DNA of 64,000 bases from Gammaproteobacteria bacterium (GCA_965243395.1 CBDEUS010000002.1:800001-864000); one strand, 5' to 3'; numbered from the stretch's first letter, positions 1 to 10,004 are shown. The notes: generated by a model from the sequence alone, not told the origin. Translations and numbers: made by a program.

Positions 1-379
1 TACCTTTTTTGCGATATTCCCGAATAGTACCATTGTCTTGTACGCGCCATAAACCATGTTTCCCTTCGCCTACCATGGTAAATGTTTGTTCAACAATATT
101 TACAAACCGATATGTGTAGTTTGTATTCATGTATCCAGAATAAACAGGAAGATGGGGTATTTTTGAATGAGTGGTTTTAACACGACCTAAACCAACAACA
201 TTTTTCTGCGCATTATCTTCTTCGATGATCTGGTCTTGCGTGTAGTAGTAGGGATCATCACCGGTTAAATCGGTGAGATTTCCTTCAACAGGCAGTTCAT
301 TTTTATCATCTGCAATTGTGCCAGGAATGTAAATTACAATTGCGATACACACTATGCAAAGTAAATATATTTTTTGCAT
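1..379 (-). CDS. Secreted protein of unknown function, partial (runs off window start)
   Basis: Hand translation from ATG 379 (GGAGG RBS upstream): MQKIYLLCIVCIAIVIYIPGTIADDKNELPVEG... open to position 1; N-terminal signal-peptide-like segment; absent from ORF track. Confidence 0.75.
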   Translation of the reverse strand, partial: MQKIYLLCIVCIAIVIYIPGTIADDKNELPVEGNLTDLTGDDPYYYTQDQIIEEDNAQKNVVGLGRVKTTHSKIPHLPVYSGYMNTNYTYRFVNIVEQTFTMVGEGKHGLWRVQDNGTIREYRKKG

Positions 380-422
380 ATTTTTCACCTCCTAAATACT
401 CTTAGAGTATTTTTTATATTTA

Positions 423-857
423 TTACAATTCTCCAAGGGCGCGTTGTCCGCAATAGAAACCAAGACCACTTGATTTACTTGAGAATGTTATTTTCGCACC
501 TTCTTCAAAGTAAAGAACATCTCCTGCTTTTACCTCTATTGTTTCACCACCCACTTCAGAAATTGTCATTTCTCCTTCAAGGATTATCTTGGCCTCATCG
601 TAGCTGTATACGTACTCAAGTGGATTACCCTTGTCCATTCTAAAAAAGCCGCAGGTGATTGGAGCATTTGGATCATTCGATGCAACAACATCTTGAAGAT
701 AAGCGTTAACACCTTCGATATTCAGTGATGCAATATCTTTTGATTGGGCACCTGCATGATGCTCCATTAGAGCTTTATGCGCATGGATTGAATATGATCC
801 TAGGAGTAAAACTAAAATTACAAGTAAATAGAAATAAATAGTGTTTATTTTCTTCAT
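423..857 (-). CDS. EutQ-like cupin with N-terminal signal peptide
   Basis: ITCGFFRM...YSYDEAKIILEGEMTI...VKAGDVLYFEEG cupin pattern; hydrophobic N-terminus. Confidence 0.75.
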   Translation of the reverse strand: MKKINTIYFYLLVILVLLLGSYSIHAHKALMEHHAGAQSKDIASLNIEGVNAYLQDVVASNDPNAPITCGFFRMDKGNPLEYVYSYDEAKIILEGEMTISEVGGETIEVKAGDVLYFEEGAKITFSSKSSGLGFYCGQRALGEL

Positions 858-982
858 GAGCGTTCTCGGTTATTTGTTATAAATACATGGTAAGTGGAAT
901 ACATAAGGATTACATGACAATAAACCCCTATGAGATTGAACATGTGCTTGGAATTTGTCCAGAACTCACGTAGATAGGAGCT

Positions 983-1768
983 ATGAATTTCAAACAAGAA
1001 CCACCCTCGACTAAAGCATTAAAACAGCACTTTATAGATGGTAATTACCAAACTATCACAGATAGTATGTTGGACTGTGTTGCGCATATGATTTTAGTTA
1101 TTGAAAACCCAACTGAAACTGTACGCATAGCACTGAGTTATTTAGGAAGTCATTTAGATACATGCAGAGCTGATGCCGGGTTTGCAGTACCTACGGATCG
1201 AGAGTACACACCTTTAGCAGAATACTGCAGTGAGGATTCAAAACCTCCGTCAGTAGCTGATTTTGTAATTTCTAATCAGCATGAAGTTATGCAACGTGTA
1301 TGGCGTAGTCGTATACCTGTTAAATATGAATATATTGCAACCAACCCTCAATTAATAGAAGTTCGTGACATACTTGATGCGATCAATAGTAAATCAATGA
1401 TGCTGCAACGCTTAGTGTGGGATAAAGATCCTATAGGAATTACATGTGTCGATCATACTTTAAAAGAACACGAATGGGATGACACAGAAGTAAACTTTAT
1501 GCACCAATTTTGTACAAAGTTTTTTGCACCTCTTGCAGGGATTAGTAACTATTGGCATAACCCTACTATGCATCAAATGTTTAAAAAGCCTAGTGAGTCA
1601 GAATTAAATGCGATTCGTTTAGCTGCGGAAGGCTTAAGTTATAAAAAGATCGCAGAAGAATTAAATAAATCAGTACGAACAATTGAAAATCAACTTCGTA
1701 ATGCGCGAAGCAGATTGAATGCAACTAACCAAGCAGAGTTAATTAAAAAATGTGAGCCTTGGCTTTAA
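983..1768 (+). CDS. GAF-like sensor + LuxR-family HTH regulator
   Basis: C-terminal GLSYKKIAEELNKSVRTIENQLRNARSRL LuxR HTH; GAF-like IGITCVDHTLKEHEWDDTEV; AGGAG RBS. Confidence 0.85.
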   Translation: MNFKQEPPSTKALKQHFIDGNYQTITDSMLDCVAHMILVIENPTETVRIALSYLGSHLDTCRADAGFAVPTDREYTPLAEYCSEDSKPPSVADFVISNQHEVMQRVWRSRIPVKYEYIATNPQLIEVRDILDAINSKSMMLQRLVWDKDPIGITCVDHTLKEHEWDDTEVNFMHQFCTKFFAPLAGISNYWHNPTMHQMFKKPSESELNAIRLAAEGLSYKKIAEELNKSVRTIENQLRNARSRLNATNQAELIKKCEPWL

Positions 1769-1769
1769 A

Positions 1770-1940
1770 TTATTTTTTTTTGTAAGAGTTCCAAAACAAC
1801 ACATATCCTGCAAATAAAGCGATTAAAAGTACGATTAGGGATAATGCTTGATTTAAATTCAGCATTGGAAGGTTAATGATGATGACCGATAGAAATATTA
1901 CCAGCACGAGTGCAATTCTATTGCGTTGCCAGGGGCGCAT
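1770..1940 (-). CDS. Small two-TM membrane protein
   Basis: MRPWQRNRIALVLVIFLS...LFWNSYKKK, two hydrophobic stretches; ATG 1940 preferred over the track start at 2003. Confidence 0.5.
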   Translation of the reverse strand: MRPWQRNRIALVLVIFLSVIIINLPMLNLNQALSLIVLLIALFAGYVLFWNSYKKK

Positions 1941-2055
1941 ATTTATTTGGTAAATTGTTGAGGGGTAGTGCTCAAGCTTAAAAATTTTCAACTTGCTTGG
2001 CACTTTCGGTTACAAGATCTTGAAAGCTTTTCATTATTTAAGAATTTACGACTTA

Positions 2056-2077
2056 GGTTAACAATATTTTGTTAACC
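2056..2077. terminator. Hairpin just downstream of the response regulator gene
   Basis: GGTTAACAA-TATT-TTGTTAACC perfect 9-bp inverted repeat. Confidence 0.45.
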
Positions 2078-2084
2078 CAAAGCG

Positions 2085-2762
2085 CTAGGTTCCAGGAAAT
2101 GTTTTGTTCGCTCGCAGACCCTGTTCAACTGCAATCACAGCGGCTTCAACACGTGAGTGAATATTGAGTTTTCTTAATATCGCTTTAACATGCAACTTCA
2201 CAGTGCCATCTGATATTCCCAAATTTCGTGCAATTACTTTATTGCTTTGGCCTTCAGCCAATAAACTTAAAATTTCTCGCTCTCGAGGTGTGAGATTATC
2301 AAGTGGACTTGGTTCAGGTTCTAATGGATCTTCACCTTTTACGACTTTAGCAAGAATTTGTGTAAGATTGGGCGCCACTACAGTTTCACCCTGAATAATT
2401 TCACGCAGGGCAGCCACAACATCATCAGGTTCCATATCTTTCAGCAGATATCCCTTTGCTCCATTGCGTAAAGCTTCAACCAGATCTCTTTCGTCCCCAC
2501 TCGTTGTCAGCATGACAATAGGGGACTCAAACTTTACTTGCTGAAACTGTTTGAGTACATCTAAACCACTCATATTCGGCATACGCATATCCAGCAGGAC
2601 AATATCAGGTTTAAGCTCTTGGGCCTGACGAATGCCTTCACGCCCATCCCCTACCGAAGCCACTACTTCGATTCCATGACGACCGAGAAGGGTCTGTAAT
2701 CCTTCGCGAAAAAGGGTGTGATCATCGATAACGACGATACGTAGCGGTATTTCCACAGTCAT
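2085..2762 (-). CDS. NarL/FixJ-family DNA-binding response regulator
   Basis: REC domain (IDDH, LLDMRMP, GAKGYLLK) plus LTPREREIL...SNKVIARNLGISDGTVKLHV HTH. Confidence 0.95.
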   Translation of the reverse strand: MTVEIPLRIVVIDDHTLFREGLQTLLGRHGIEVVASVGDGREGIRQAQELKPDIVLLDMRMPNMSGLDVLKQFQQVKFESPIVMLTTSGDERDLVEALRNGAKGYLLKDMEPDDVVAALREIIQGETVVAPNLTQILAKVVKGEDPLEPEPSPLDNLTPREREILSLLAEGQSNKVIARNLGISDGTVKLHVKAILRKLNIHSRVEAAVIAVEQGLRANKTFPGT

Positions 2763-2768
2763 ATTCTT

Positions 2769-4175
2769 TTAACTTATATTTTCGTTTTTATTGATATTTT
2801 GCAGATTTATATCTTGCAGGTCATCGGGTAAATAATCAAATTCCAGGCGTACTTGAACACCTTCTCCGGTATCGCCATCAATGCTTAGTGTACCACCAAT
2901 TCTATTCGCACGGTCTTGCATCACGCTGAGGCCCACATGTTCTCCTGCAGTATTCTGTTTTTGATGCTCGGATATTCCTATACCGTCGTCCTCAATTAAT
3001 ACAGTGAAATGACCATTCTTGTCGCCCCGCATCCAGACACGAACTACATTTGCTTCACTATGTTTACGTGCATTGGTTAGTGCTTCTTGGATGATTCTTA
3101 AAACTTGTAACTCAATTTGTGCGGGTAAGGCAATATCGGGCCACTCTTTTTGCAGATAGATCTGAGTATCGTCAGAGTCTTGTTTAAAACGTTCAACAAT
3201 TTGTTCAACAGAAGCAATTAAACTATGTTCACTTATGGGTACGCGAAAATGAGCGATTAAGGCACGTAATTCAGAGTGTGCTTCATCAATTGTAGTTTCT
3301 ATACGTTCGAGTTCTTGCCAAGTTGCTGCTTCATCTCCTTGATGGATGGTTTCATCCAATACGCGAACTTGATATTTCACACTAGCAAGAGTTTGAGCCA
3401 ATGAATCGTGCAGTTCATTTGCAAAACTCGTGCGTTCGTGCACGATACTTAAAGCATTTGCTTCGTTATCTAAACGCGCTTTTTCTACAGCGATCCCAAG
3501 ATGTCTTCCGATGCTTGTAAATAATTCTTCGTATTCGCTTCTACTTGAAAATCGATTTTCATCAATATATATATTATAAACACCCAATATATCGCCTCTG
3601 TATTGCAATGGTACAACCAGTATCGAAAGTTTTTTACCATCGAAATAGTTATCTAAAATCTCTTTTGGACAAGGGATGATGCTCACAGGAATGGTTTGTT
3701 GTTGATCTGAATTATTATTTTCTTCTGGTAATTGTGGGTGTTGATTACTGAATTCATTGCTTAAGCCAATTTCAGAAATAAGTAAGCAGGTATTTTTTTC
3801 AGATTTTAAATACACGGTCGCAGCGTGTGCATTTGCAAGTTCGGTCATGGTATGCAAGAAATGTGTGAGCAGTGTATGAATATCTCGCGTCATATTAATG
3901 CTCGTGACTACATCGTAGAGCGTTTCAAGTGATTTATTTTTTTGTGCAATATGCTCAGTATGTTTTTGTAGTTGTAACTCAGCTCCACGGGATAATGAAT
4001 TCAACATTTCGGCTACAAAATTAATATCTTGGCAAAGCTCGGATATTTCACTATTTTCCGCAATAGGTATTCGCGCAGAGAGTTCTCCTGCACGGATTTT
4101 TTGAGTCCATAAACGCAGTGAAGATAAGAAATCGTTTACAGTTTGTTGGGTTGTAGATTGCAGATCTTGTTGCAT
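2769..4175 (-). CDS. NarX/NarQ-type histidine kinase (HAMP-GAF-HisKA_3-HATPase), no TM segment
   Basis: ERTSFANELHDSLAQTL H-box, QEALTNARKHS, IEDDGIG, GLSVMQDRA; adjacent cognate regulator. Confidence 0.9.
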   Translation of the reverse strand: MQQDLQSTTQQTVNDFLSSLRLWTQKIRAGELSARIPIAENSEISELCQDINFVAEMLNSLSRGAELQLQKHTEHIAQKNKSLETLYDVVTSINMTRDIHTLLTHFLHTMTELANAHAATVYLKSEKNTCLLISEIGLSNEFSNQHPQLPEENNNSDQQQTIPVSIIPCPKEILDNYFDGKKLSILVVPLQYRGDILGVYNIYIDENRFSSRSEYEELFTSIGRHLGIAVEKARLDNEANALSIVHERTSFANELHDSLAQTLASVKYQVRVLDETIHQGDEAATWQELERIETTIDEAHSELRALIAHFRVPISEHSLIASVEQIVERFKQDSDDTQIYLQKEWPDIALPAQIELQVLRIIQEALTNARKHSEANVVRVWMRGDKNGHFTVLIEDDGIGISEHQKQNTAGEHVGLSVMQDRANRIGGTLSIDGDTGEGVQVRLEFDYLPDDLQDINLQNINKNENIS

Positions 4176-4239
4176 GAAATTGTTTTATTTTTAGTACTTA
4201 TTTTTATTATACGCATTATATTGCGTAAGAACTGCTAAC

Positions 4240-5016
4240 TTATTCCCAAATACTCTTCAGATAAGTGCTTCCTCCCAATAACTTGATTTGTTCTTCAATA
4301 TGTAAAGTGCGTAGCTGGACATATTCAGATGGCTGGGAGGCATGCATTGTGTGCGGGTTGGGTAATACAGCTGCTAGAGTTGATGCTTCGTATTGCGTGA
4401 GTTGTAAGGCTGGTTTTTTATAATGCATAAATGCTGCATTTTGAGCACCAAAAATATTAGGACCAAATTCTGCAACGTTTAAATATACTTCTAAAATACG
4501 CCACTTAGGCCATAAGGTTTCAATCAGTAATGCAAAATAAGCTTCTAAACCTTTTCTTAATAAACTTTTCTTTGGCCAAAGGAAAACATTTTTAGCTACT
4601 TGTTGAGTAATCGTACTGGCGCCACGTAATGTTTTACCTGTTTTATTTTTTTCTAATGCTAGTTGGATAGCTTTAAGATCAAATCCATAATGGACTGGAA
4701 ACTTTTGATCTTCAGCAGCAACTGCTGCAATTTGTAAATGCGGTGAAATATTGTCAAGCGATACCCAGTTAATTTTATAAGGCACAAAATCAGTCGCGAT
4801 CCGTTGTACGATCATAAAGCTTGTGTACGGCGGGTTAATCCAGCGCATTGACAGCGTTAACAGAAAAGTAATACCAACAAAAACGAAGATTAAATTTCTT
4901 ATCCACTTCAATAAACGTTTTAGCGCGTAGAGTGGTGAAAAGAAAATATTTTTCCTGCTGGAACGTTTTTTTCTGTATTTAGGCTTTCTTCTTTCAGTAT
5001 AAATGTGCAGGCTCAT
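4240..5016 (-). CDS. mtgA: Monofunctional biosynthetic peptidoglycan transglycosylase
   Basis: AAEDQKF, RGASTITQQVAKN, RKGLEA, ILEVYLNVAEFG motifs. Confidence 0.95.
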   Translation of the reverse strand: MSLHIYTERRKPKYRKKRSSRKNIFFSPLYALKRLLKWIRNLIFVFVGITFLLTLSMRWINPPYTSFMIVQRIATDFVPYKINWVSLDNISPHLQIAAVAAEDQKFPVHYGFDLKAIQLALEKNKTGKTLRGASTITQQVAKNVFLWPKKSLLRKGLEAYFALLIETLWPKWRILEVYLNVAEFGPNIFGAQNAAFMHYKKPALQLTQYEASTLAAVLPNPHTMHASQPSEYVQLRTLHIEEQIKLLGGSTYLKSIWE

Positions 5017-5147
5017 GGTGTATCAATATATAGACAAAATAAGCTATGACTCAAAGTCTAGACCTTAACTTGGGCTATCTTATTTTGAGAACGTTTAAAA
5101 TCGATATAAAACAATAGATTATAGTATTTATCGTCTCCCAGCATGGC

Positions 5148-5176
5148 TTTAGCAAGGAAGGGGGCAGTGGTATAAT
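5148..5176 (+). promoter_or_regulatory. Sigma-70 promoter with extended -10
   Basis: TGgTATAAT at 5168-5176; TTTAGC 17 nt upstream; precedes small ORF at 5261. Confidence 0.55.
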
Positions 5177-5260
5177 ACGGCATGGCTGGATCTGCCTCAT
5201 GGCTGTATATCGTAAAAGCCAAATAAAACCATATAAAAATATTTCATAGGAGTAATGAAA

Positions 5261-5350
5261 ATGGATGAGTTTGTAAAAACGATGCTAGTAGTGGCGGCAA
5301 TGGTAATCCCCTGCATCATTTTAGCTGTTGCTATTATCGGCAAATTTTAG
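5261..5350 (+). CDS. 29-aa single-TM small protein
   Basis: MDEFVKTMLVVAAMVIPCIILAVAIIGKF; AGGAG RBS 8 nt upstream; below ORF-track cutoff. Confidence 0.65.
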   Translation: MDEFVKTMLVVAAMVIPCIILAVAIIGKF

Positions 5351-5439
5351 CCACCGGCCCGAATCTGTACTAGGCGCGGTATTCATTCGCGCCTAAGTCG
5401 CAGATAATCAGTTCTTTATAGTTTCTTTCTTCATTAAAT

Positions 5440-5790
5440 TTGATTCGTTCTAATTTGAATTTAAAACGTTCCCGTTTACTTGTACTTAGCATGCTGAGTA
5501 TAAGCGTATGTAGCGCTTGTTTATCCTTACCAAAATCAAATGAGGAGGTACAGGCAAAGTATAGCCACACAGAGCTTAGCGCAGGCAAACATTACTTGGC
5601 TTATAGTGGTGAATTATCGATGACCTTGGAAATCGCGAGTGAAAAGTGGTTAGCTAAAGCAGAGAAGTTGTGTAAGTCCCGTGAATTTGATTATGAGTTC
5701 GATAAAGAAGAATTTCGCGGTAGAGATTTTTCTGAAAATAAATACCCATACATTGAAGGGAAATTATTCTGTAATAAGCCAGAAGTCTAG
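5440..5790 (+). CDS. Putative lipoprotein
   Basis: Signal peptide with lipobox-like CSAC; small Cys-containing periplasmic domain. Confidence 0.6.
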   Translation: MIRSNLNLKRSRLLVLSMLSISVCSACLSLPKSNEEVQAKYSHTELSAGKHYLAYSGELSMTLEIASEKWLAKAEKLCKSREFDYEFDKEEFRGRDFSENKYPYIEGKLFCNKPEV

Positions 5791-6012
5791 CGTTTTTTCT
5801 TAATTAATTTTTTTTAAACTCAAAAATTAAACTATTGTTAGCTGACAATGGTTTACGTCGTACTTTTATCATGGCCAATTAAATTGATTCTCGGCATAAG
5901 AAATTTTTGTCGAAAAGTCAGATACTTTGATTTACAATTATTTAACATTTGAGCGATTCAAATGTCGAAGTTGGTAATAATAATTATTGAATGAGAGAGT
6001 TGGAGTTGGATT

Positions 6013-6375
6013 ATGGCTATATGGTCATCACGTGCGAAAAAAAGCGATTCGTCTAAACGAGCGCAATTAAATACTGTAACGAAATCTTCGACCAGTCCCT
6101 ATCACTGTGTTGAGATAAAGATGTCATATAATGCTTGCGAAGAAGTATTAAAGCTTTATGGCAAGCGTTATTTATCTGCTGAAGCCCCATTATTGCCGGT
6201 CGCAGGGTGTGACCAACAATGTAAATGCAAATTCAAGCATTATGAAGATCGACGTCATGAAGATCGTCGGGATGCTTTTAGTTCCAGTGGAATTCATTTC
6301 AGTGGTGAAAAAAATCGCCGCTTGGGAGGAGACAGACGTCGTAACTCTGAAAGCTACCGCTATGGCTTAGGTTAG
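6013..6375 (+). CDS. Conserved hypothetical protein, Cys-rich with DRR repeats
   Basis: YHCV...C...RYLSAEAPLLPVAGCDQQCKCKFKHYEDRRHEDRR; GGAG upstream. Confidence 0.7.
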   Translation: MAIWSSRAKKSDSSKRAQLNTVTKSSTSPYHCVEIKMSYNACEEVLKLYGKRYLSAEAPLLPVAGCDQQCKCKFKHYEDRRHEDRRDAFSSSGIHFSGEKNRRLGGDRRRNSESYRYGLG

Positions 6376-6427
6376 TTGCTGATCAAAGCATAAGCCGGGT
6401 TTGTGTAGGTGTAAATCTTCAGGCATC

Positions 6428-7132
6428 TCAAATGTCTTCTTTTTGCTGAGCAACAATTTCTTCATCTAGTTCAATTTCATCGATATCAAAATCGATGGGC
6501 CGCAAATTTAAATCATTGGTTATGTCTGCAAATGCAGATTCAAATGCATGTACCATTGCTTGATATATTGCTTGACCATAGCTATCTTGAGTATCGCGTT
6601 TAGTTCGCAAAATTTCACTTTCTTTACCCTCGCCAACTGCAGTAAATACACTTTCATATATACGGTTTCCATCTGTATCAGTTAAAAACACTTCAATCTT
6701 AGTTTTTGTCATTGGCTGCATACGGCCTTTTACAACACGGATAGAGTGATCTAACTTATAAATACGAGCATGTATATTTAATAATGGTACATCTGTATGT
6801 TTACCGTCATCTTGGAACCAGCGGAAAATACTTGCATGACCCGCAAGGTTAAGCATTTCATCTTCGGGGAAGACAATTTTATTCAAATTGCGTTGGTCAG
6901 CATTATCGACTTCGACTTTCCCTGATTTAGTGCGCACTTCAGGATAAAAATATACTTTTGCTAAGTACGGCTTTACTTCAGGAAGTTCTTGCATGGCAGC
7001 AACTAATTGGTCTGCGTCTGCATCTGCTTCATATTGTGTTGCACATGCAGATAACATGAGCAAAGCTAGAAAAAAGATAGATTTGATTACATGATTGATC
7101 TGATGTATTCGCATACTCATCTCACTTGTCAC
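6428..7132 (-). CDS. Putative lipoprotein
   Basis: LMLSAC lipobox after hydrophobic stretch. Confidence 0.7.
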   Translation of the reverse strand: MTSEMSMRIHQINHVIKSIFFLALLMLSACATQYEADADADQLVAAMQELPEVKPYLAKVYFYPEVRTKSGKVEVDNADQRNLNKIVFPEDEMLNLAGHASIFRWFQDDGKHTDVPLLNIHARIYKLDHSIRVVKGRMQPMTKTKIEVFLTDTDGNRIYESVFTAVGEGKESEILRTKRDTQDSYGQAIYQAMVHAFESAFADITNDLNLRPIDFDIDEIELDEEIVAQQKEDI

Positions 7133-7256
7133 TACTCCTATATAGAAGTGTAACGGGATCAGCAGCTAACACGAATACACTAGCAGACCGTTAGTAAGCT
7201 AGATTGAACTTACGGTCTGGATATCTAATGAGAGGCTAGAAATATAAGCCGTCTGC

Positions 7257-7781
7257 TTACTTGTCTTGTTCTACGGTACTTTTAAGTTGGGTTAAGTTTT
7301 CTTTAAACATTTTGCCAATTGAATATTGTATGAATAAAGCAAAATAACCACCAATAATAGGAACATCCATATTTCCTTCCAGTGTCCATTTCACACGTGT
7401 TCGTGTTGTAGAGGCACTATGATATTGAATCGCACTTTTACTTTTATATTTTCCGCCCTGAAAAAAAAGATCATATTCAATACCTTTTTCAGGTGACCAA
7501 TATGTAAATGTAAGCGATCCGCCTCCATGTTTGTCTTTCCAGCTTTGGTTAGCACCAATACCTTTCGTTTTTTCACTAACAGTTATTTCTATATCTGGGT
7601 CATCGCCTTTCCACACAGTCCATTCTTGCCAGGTGCTTAAGTCTCCCACGTATTCATGGATATGTTCAGGTGTAGAAGAGATGGTTGTAGTTTTACTTAT
7701 TAAAAAATTTGTAGGTAAAAAATATCCTAGTACACCTAAAATAATAATCAGCAACAGCAGGGTGCTTAGTAATTTTTTCAT
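7257..7781 (-). CDS. SRPBCC/polyketide cyclase-like protein with N-terminal TM
   Basis: LP...IHEYVGDLSTWQEWTVW...GIGANQSW...ENLTQLK pattern. Confidence 0.8.
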   Translation of the reverse strand: MKKLLSTLLLLIIILGVLGYFLPTNFLISKTTTISSTPEHIHEYVGDLSTWQEWTVWKGDDPDIEITVSEKTKGIGANQSWKDKHGGGSLTFTYWSPEKGIEYDLFFQGGKYKSKSAIQYHSASTTRTRVKWTLEGNMDVPIIGGYFALFIQYSIGKMFKENLTQLKSTVEQDK

Positions 7782-7799
7782 TAGGATTAGAAATAATGC

Positions 7800-8210
7800 T
7801 TAGCTTGACTTGTTTCGATAAATCAAAGCAACAATTACACCAGCTAAAACGAGTTGTATTGTAATCGCAACTATCCAGTTAATTACCAAACTTAGCGGGT
7901 AAGGTGCCACGGCATAGCCAATTAAGTTGTGTCCAGCAAATATTATCGCCAACAGTAAGCCATATACCGCACCTTCAATAATACCGCCTCTTTTAAATGC
8001 TTTTGTAAACAATGCGACAAAACCAATTGAGATAATTATTTGTCCAATCATTATCCAAATTCCATGGTTTTGCATATCTGCTTCAGGTCGCCATAAGCTC
8101 GCAGTGTTTTTGTATGTATCCGCCATTAGCATGCCATGGAATATATAATCAAAAGCCATAATGAAAATAATAACTGCGATGCACGCAATGATAAATTTTT
8201 TAGTGTTCAT
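7800..8210 (-). CDS. Four-TM membrane protein (DUF1761-like)
   Basis: Four hydrophobic segments; FHGMLMADTY...LWRPE motif. Confidence 0.65.
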   Translation of the reverse strand: MNTKKFIIACIAVIIFIMAFDYIFHGMLMADTYKNTASLWRPEADMQNHGIWIMIGQIIISIGFVALFTKAFKRGGIIEGAVYGLLLAIIFAGHNLIGYAVAPYPLSLVINWIVAITIQLVLAGVIVALIYRNKSS

Positions 8211-8231
8211 ACAATTTCCTCGCTTATTAAT

Positions 8232-8558
8232 TTAAGTTTCTGTTGGAGGTACGTAGTTAGGGTCGTTAGGATTTAAAAACACAAAATGAAATTGTTTGGG
8301 CTCTAATTCAATATAATCAAGCGTAGTGCCATTCAAAAATTCGTAGCTTGAATCTGCCACAACTATCTCTATTCCATTTGATTTAAAAGCATGATCTTTT
8401 TCACCACTGCTCCCAACATCATCAAAGCCGAGCCCATAGTGGAGTGAATTATCTTCTTGGCGAGTGGCCGCAATGCGAAGTGGGGTGTTTTCCAATTTAG
8501 CTTCAAGAGCCGCTTTCTTGATTTGTTCTGCAGCGGCTTCAGTTACTTCAATTGTCAT
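8232..8558 (-). CDS. dsrR: DsrR, IscA/HesB-like protein lacking Fe-S cysteines
   Basis: TEAAAEQI...LRIAA...YGLGFDD...LNGTTLDY...FVFLNPNDP; directly after dsrN; no Cys. Confidence 0.88.
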   Translation of the reverse strand: MTIEVTEAAAEQIKKAALEAKLENTPLRIAATRQEDNSLHYGLGFDDVGSSGEKDHAFKSNGIEIVVADSSYEFLNGTTLDYIELEPKQFHFVFLNPNDPNYVPPTET

Positions 8559-8606
8559 AGAGCCTTACATTTATAATTATTATTTAAGCTTCTAATTGTA
8601 GTACAT

Positions 8607-9965
8607 CTACTTATGTGTTTTTACAAATTCTAGAAAGTTTGATATCCACTGATTTTGTGACGTATTTCGTTGATGTGCATAACAAGCCAGGAGGTTTTTA
8701 TACACAATTCCATCATTTTGACCATTTATTCCATAACCACGATTTACTTGATAGGCATATTGCTGGTGATCCAAAGAATTGTTTAATTTTGAATAATGAA
8801 ATTCATGTCCTGGCAATTCACTAGTTTCTACATCTCCCCAGGGATGGCGTGAAGTTTTTTGTAACAATGTATAACCGCGCCCAATGGGCTTCTCTTGCAT
8901 TTTGCAATCAGCGTCGATGATTCCGACCATTTCTGCACGTTGTTCTTCATATTCGATGGTACTGCACAAATACATTAAGCCTCCGCACTCTGCGTAACAT
9001 GGCATACCATTCTCAATCGCTGTTCTGATCGTGTTTTTCATCTGAGAGTTTTTTGCAAGTTGTTGCATGCGTTTTTCCGGGAAACCGCCACCGATAAATA
9101 ATGCATCCGCTTCGGGTACAGTCGTATCATGTAATGTATCAAAGGGGATAAGTTGTACTCCAAGTTCGCGAAACATATCTAGGTCATCTGCATAATAAAA
9201 GCCAAAGGCTTCATCTTTTGCATAAGCAATTTTCAAATCATACTTAATATTAGTTTTGTCATTCTTATATGACGGTATGGATTTTGCTGTTTTGGAAATT
9301 TCAAAAATTTTATCTATGTCAACCTGATCTGAAATAATTTCCGCAATTTGTTTTACTTTTTTATTTGCAAACTGATCTTCATTGCTTGGCATAAGTCCTA
9401 GATAGCGTTCGACTAATTCAAGTTTTTTGTTGCGATGTACTACGCCTAATACGGGGATTGTTGTGTAACGTTCAATTACAGTTTGTAATTTGGCTGCATG
9501 TCGACTGCCACCTACAAAGTTTAAAATTACACCTGCGATATTTACTTCGGGATCGAATTGCTGATAACCCAACAATAGAGGTGCGACCCCGCGAATTGTG
9601 CCACTTGTGTTTAATATAAGAATTACCGGGGCGCCTGTAAGCTTTGCTAAGGCAGCATTGCTGTTACTGCCATCTGCAGCGAGTCCATCATGTAAACCTT
9701 TATTGCCTTCGATAATAGAAATATCGGAATTTTGGCTATGCACACTTAGTGTGGTTAGGATTTCCTTTTTACTTTGTGTCCAGAAGTCTAGGTTATAACA
9801 ATCACGCTGTGTGGCTTTCGCTAACCACATCGGATCAATATAGTCTGGACCCTTCTTAAAACTTTGTACGGTATAGCCTTTGTTGCGCAGCGCGTTACAG
9901 ATTCCTACAGTGAGAACGGTTTTACCTGAAGATTTTTGTGCGGCTGAAAGTAGTAAATTAGCCAC
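8607..9965 (-). CDS. dsrN: Siroheme amidase (cobyrinate a,c-diamide synthase family)
   Basis: KSSGKT, KKGPDYIDP, EGNKGLHDG, YAECGGLMY, HEFHYS; position in dsr operon. Confidence 0.93.
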   Translation of the reverse strand: MANLLLSAAQKSSGKTVLTVGICNALRNKGYTVQSFKKGPDYIDPMWLAKATQRDCYNLDFWTQSKKEILTTLSVHSQNSDISIIEGNKGLHDGLAADGSNSNAALAKLTGAPVILILNTSGTIRGVAPLLLGYQQFDPEVNIAGVILNFVGGSRHAAKLQTVIERYTTIPVLGVVHRNKKLELVERYLGLMPSNEDQFANKKVKQIAEIISDQVDIDKIFEISKTAKSIPSYKNDKTNIKYDLKIAYAKDEAFGFYYADDLDMFRELGVQLIPFDTLHDTTVPEADALFIGGGFPEKRMQQLAKNSQMKNTIRTAIENGMPCYAECGGLMYLCSTIEYEEQRAEMVGIIDADCKMQEKPIGRGYTLLQKTSRHPWGDVETSELPGHEFHYSKLNNSLDHQQYAYQVNRGYGINGQNDGIVYKNLLACYAHQRNTSQNQWISNFLEFVKTHK

Positions 9966-10004
9966 GATGTTTTAAGCAAGCACCTTGGTGCTGGAGAAAT
10001 TAAT

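Noticed and set aside
8607-9965. Cobalamin biosynthesis cbiA/cobB
   Set aside because: Position between dsrP and dsrR identifies it as dsrN; no cob/cbi cluster here
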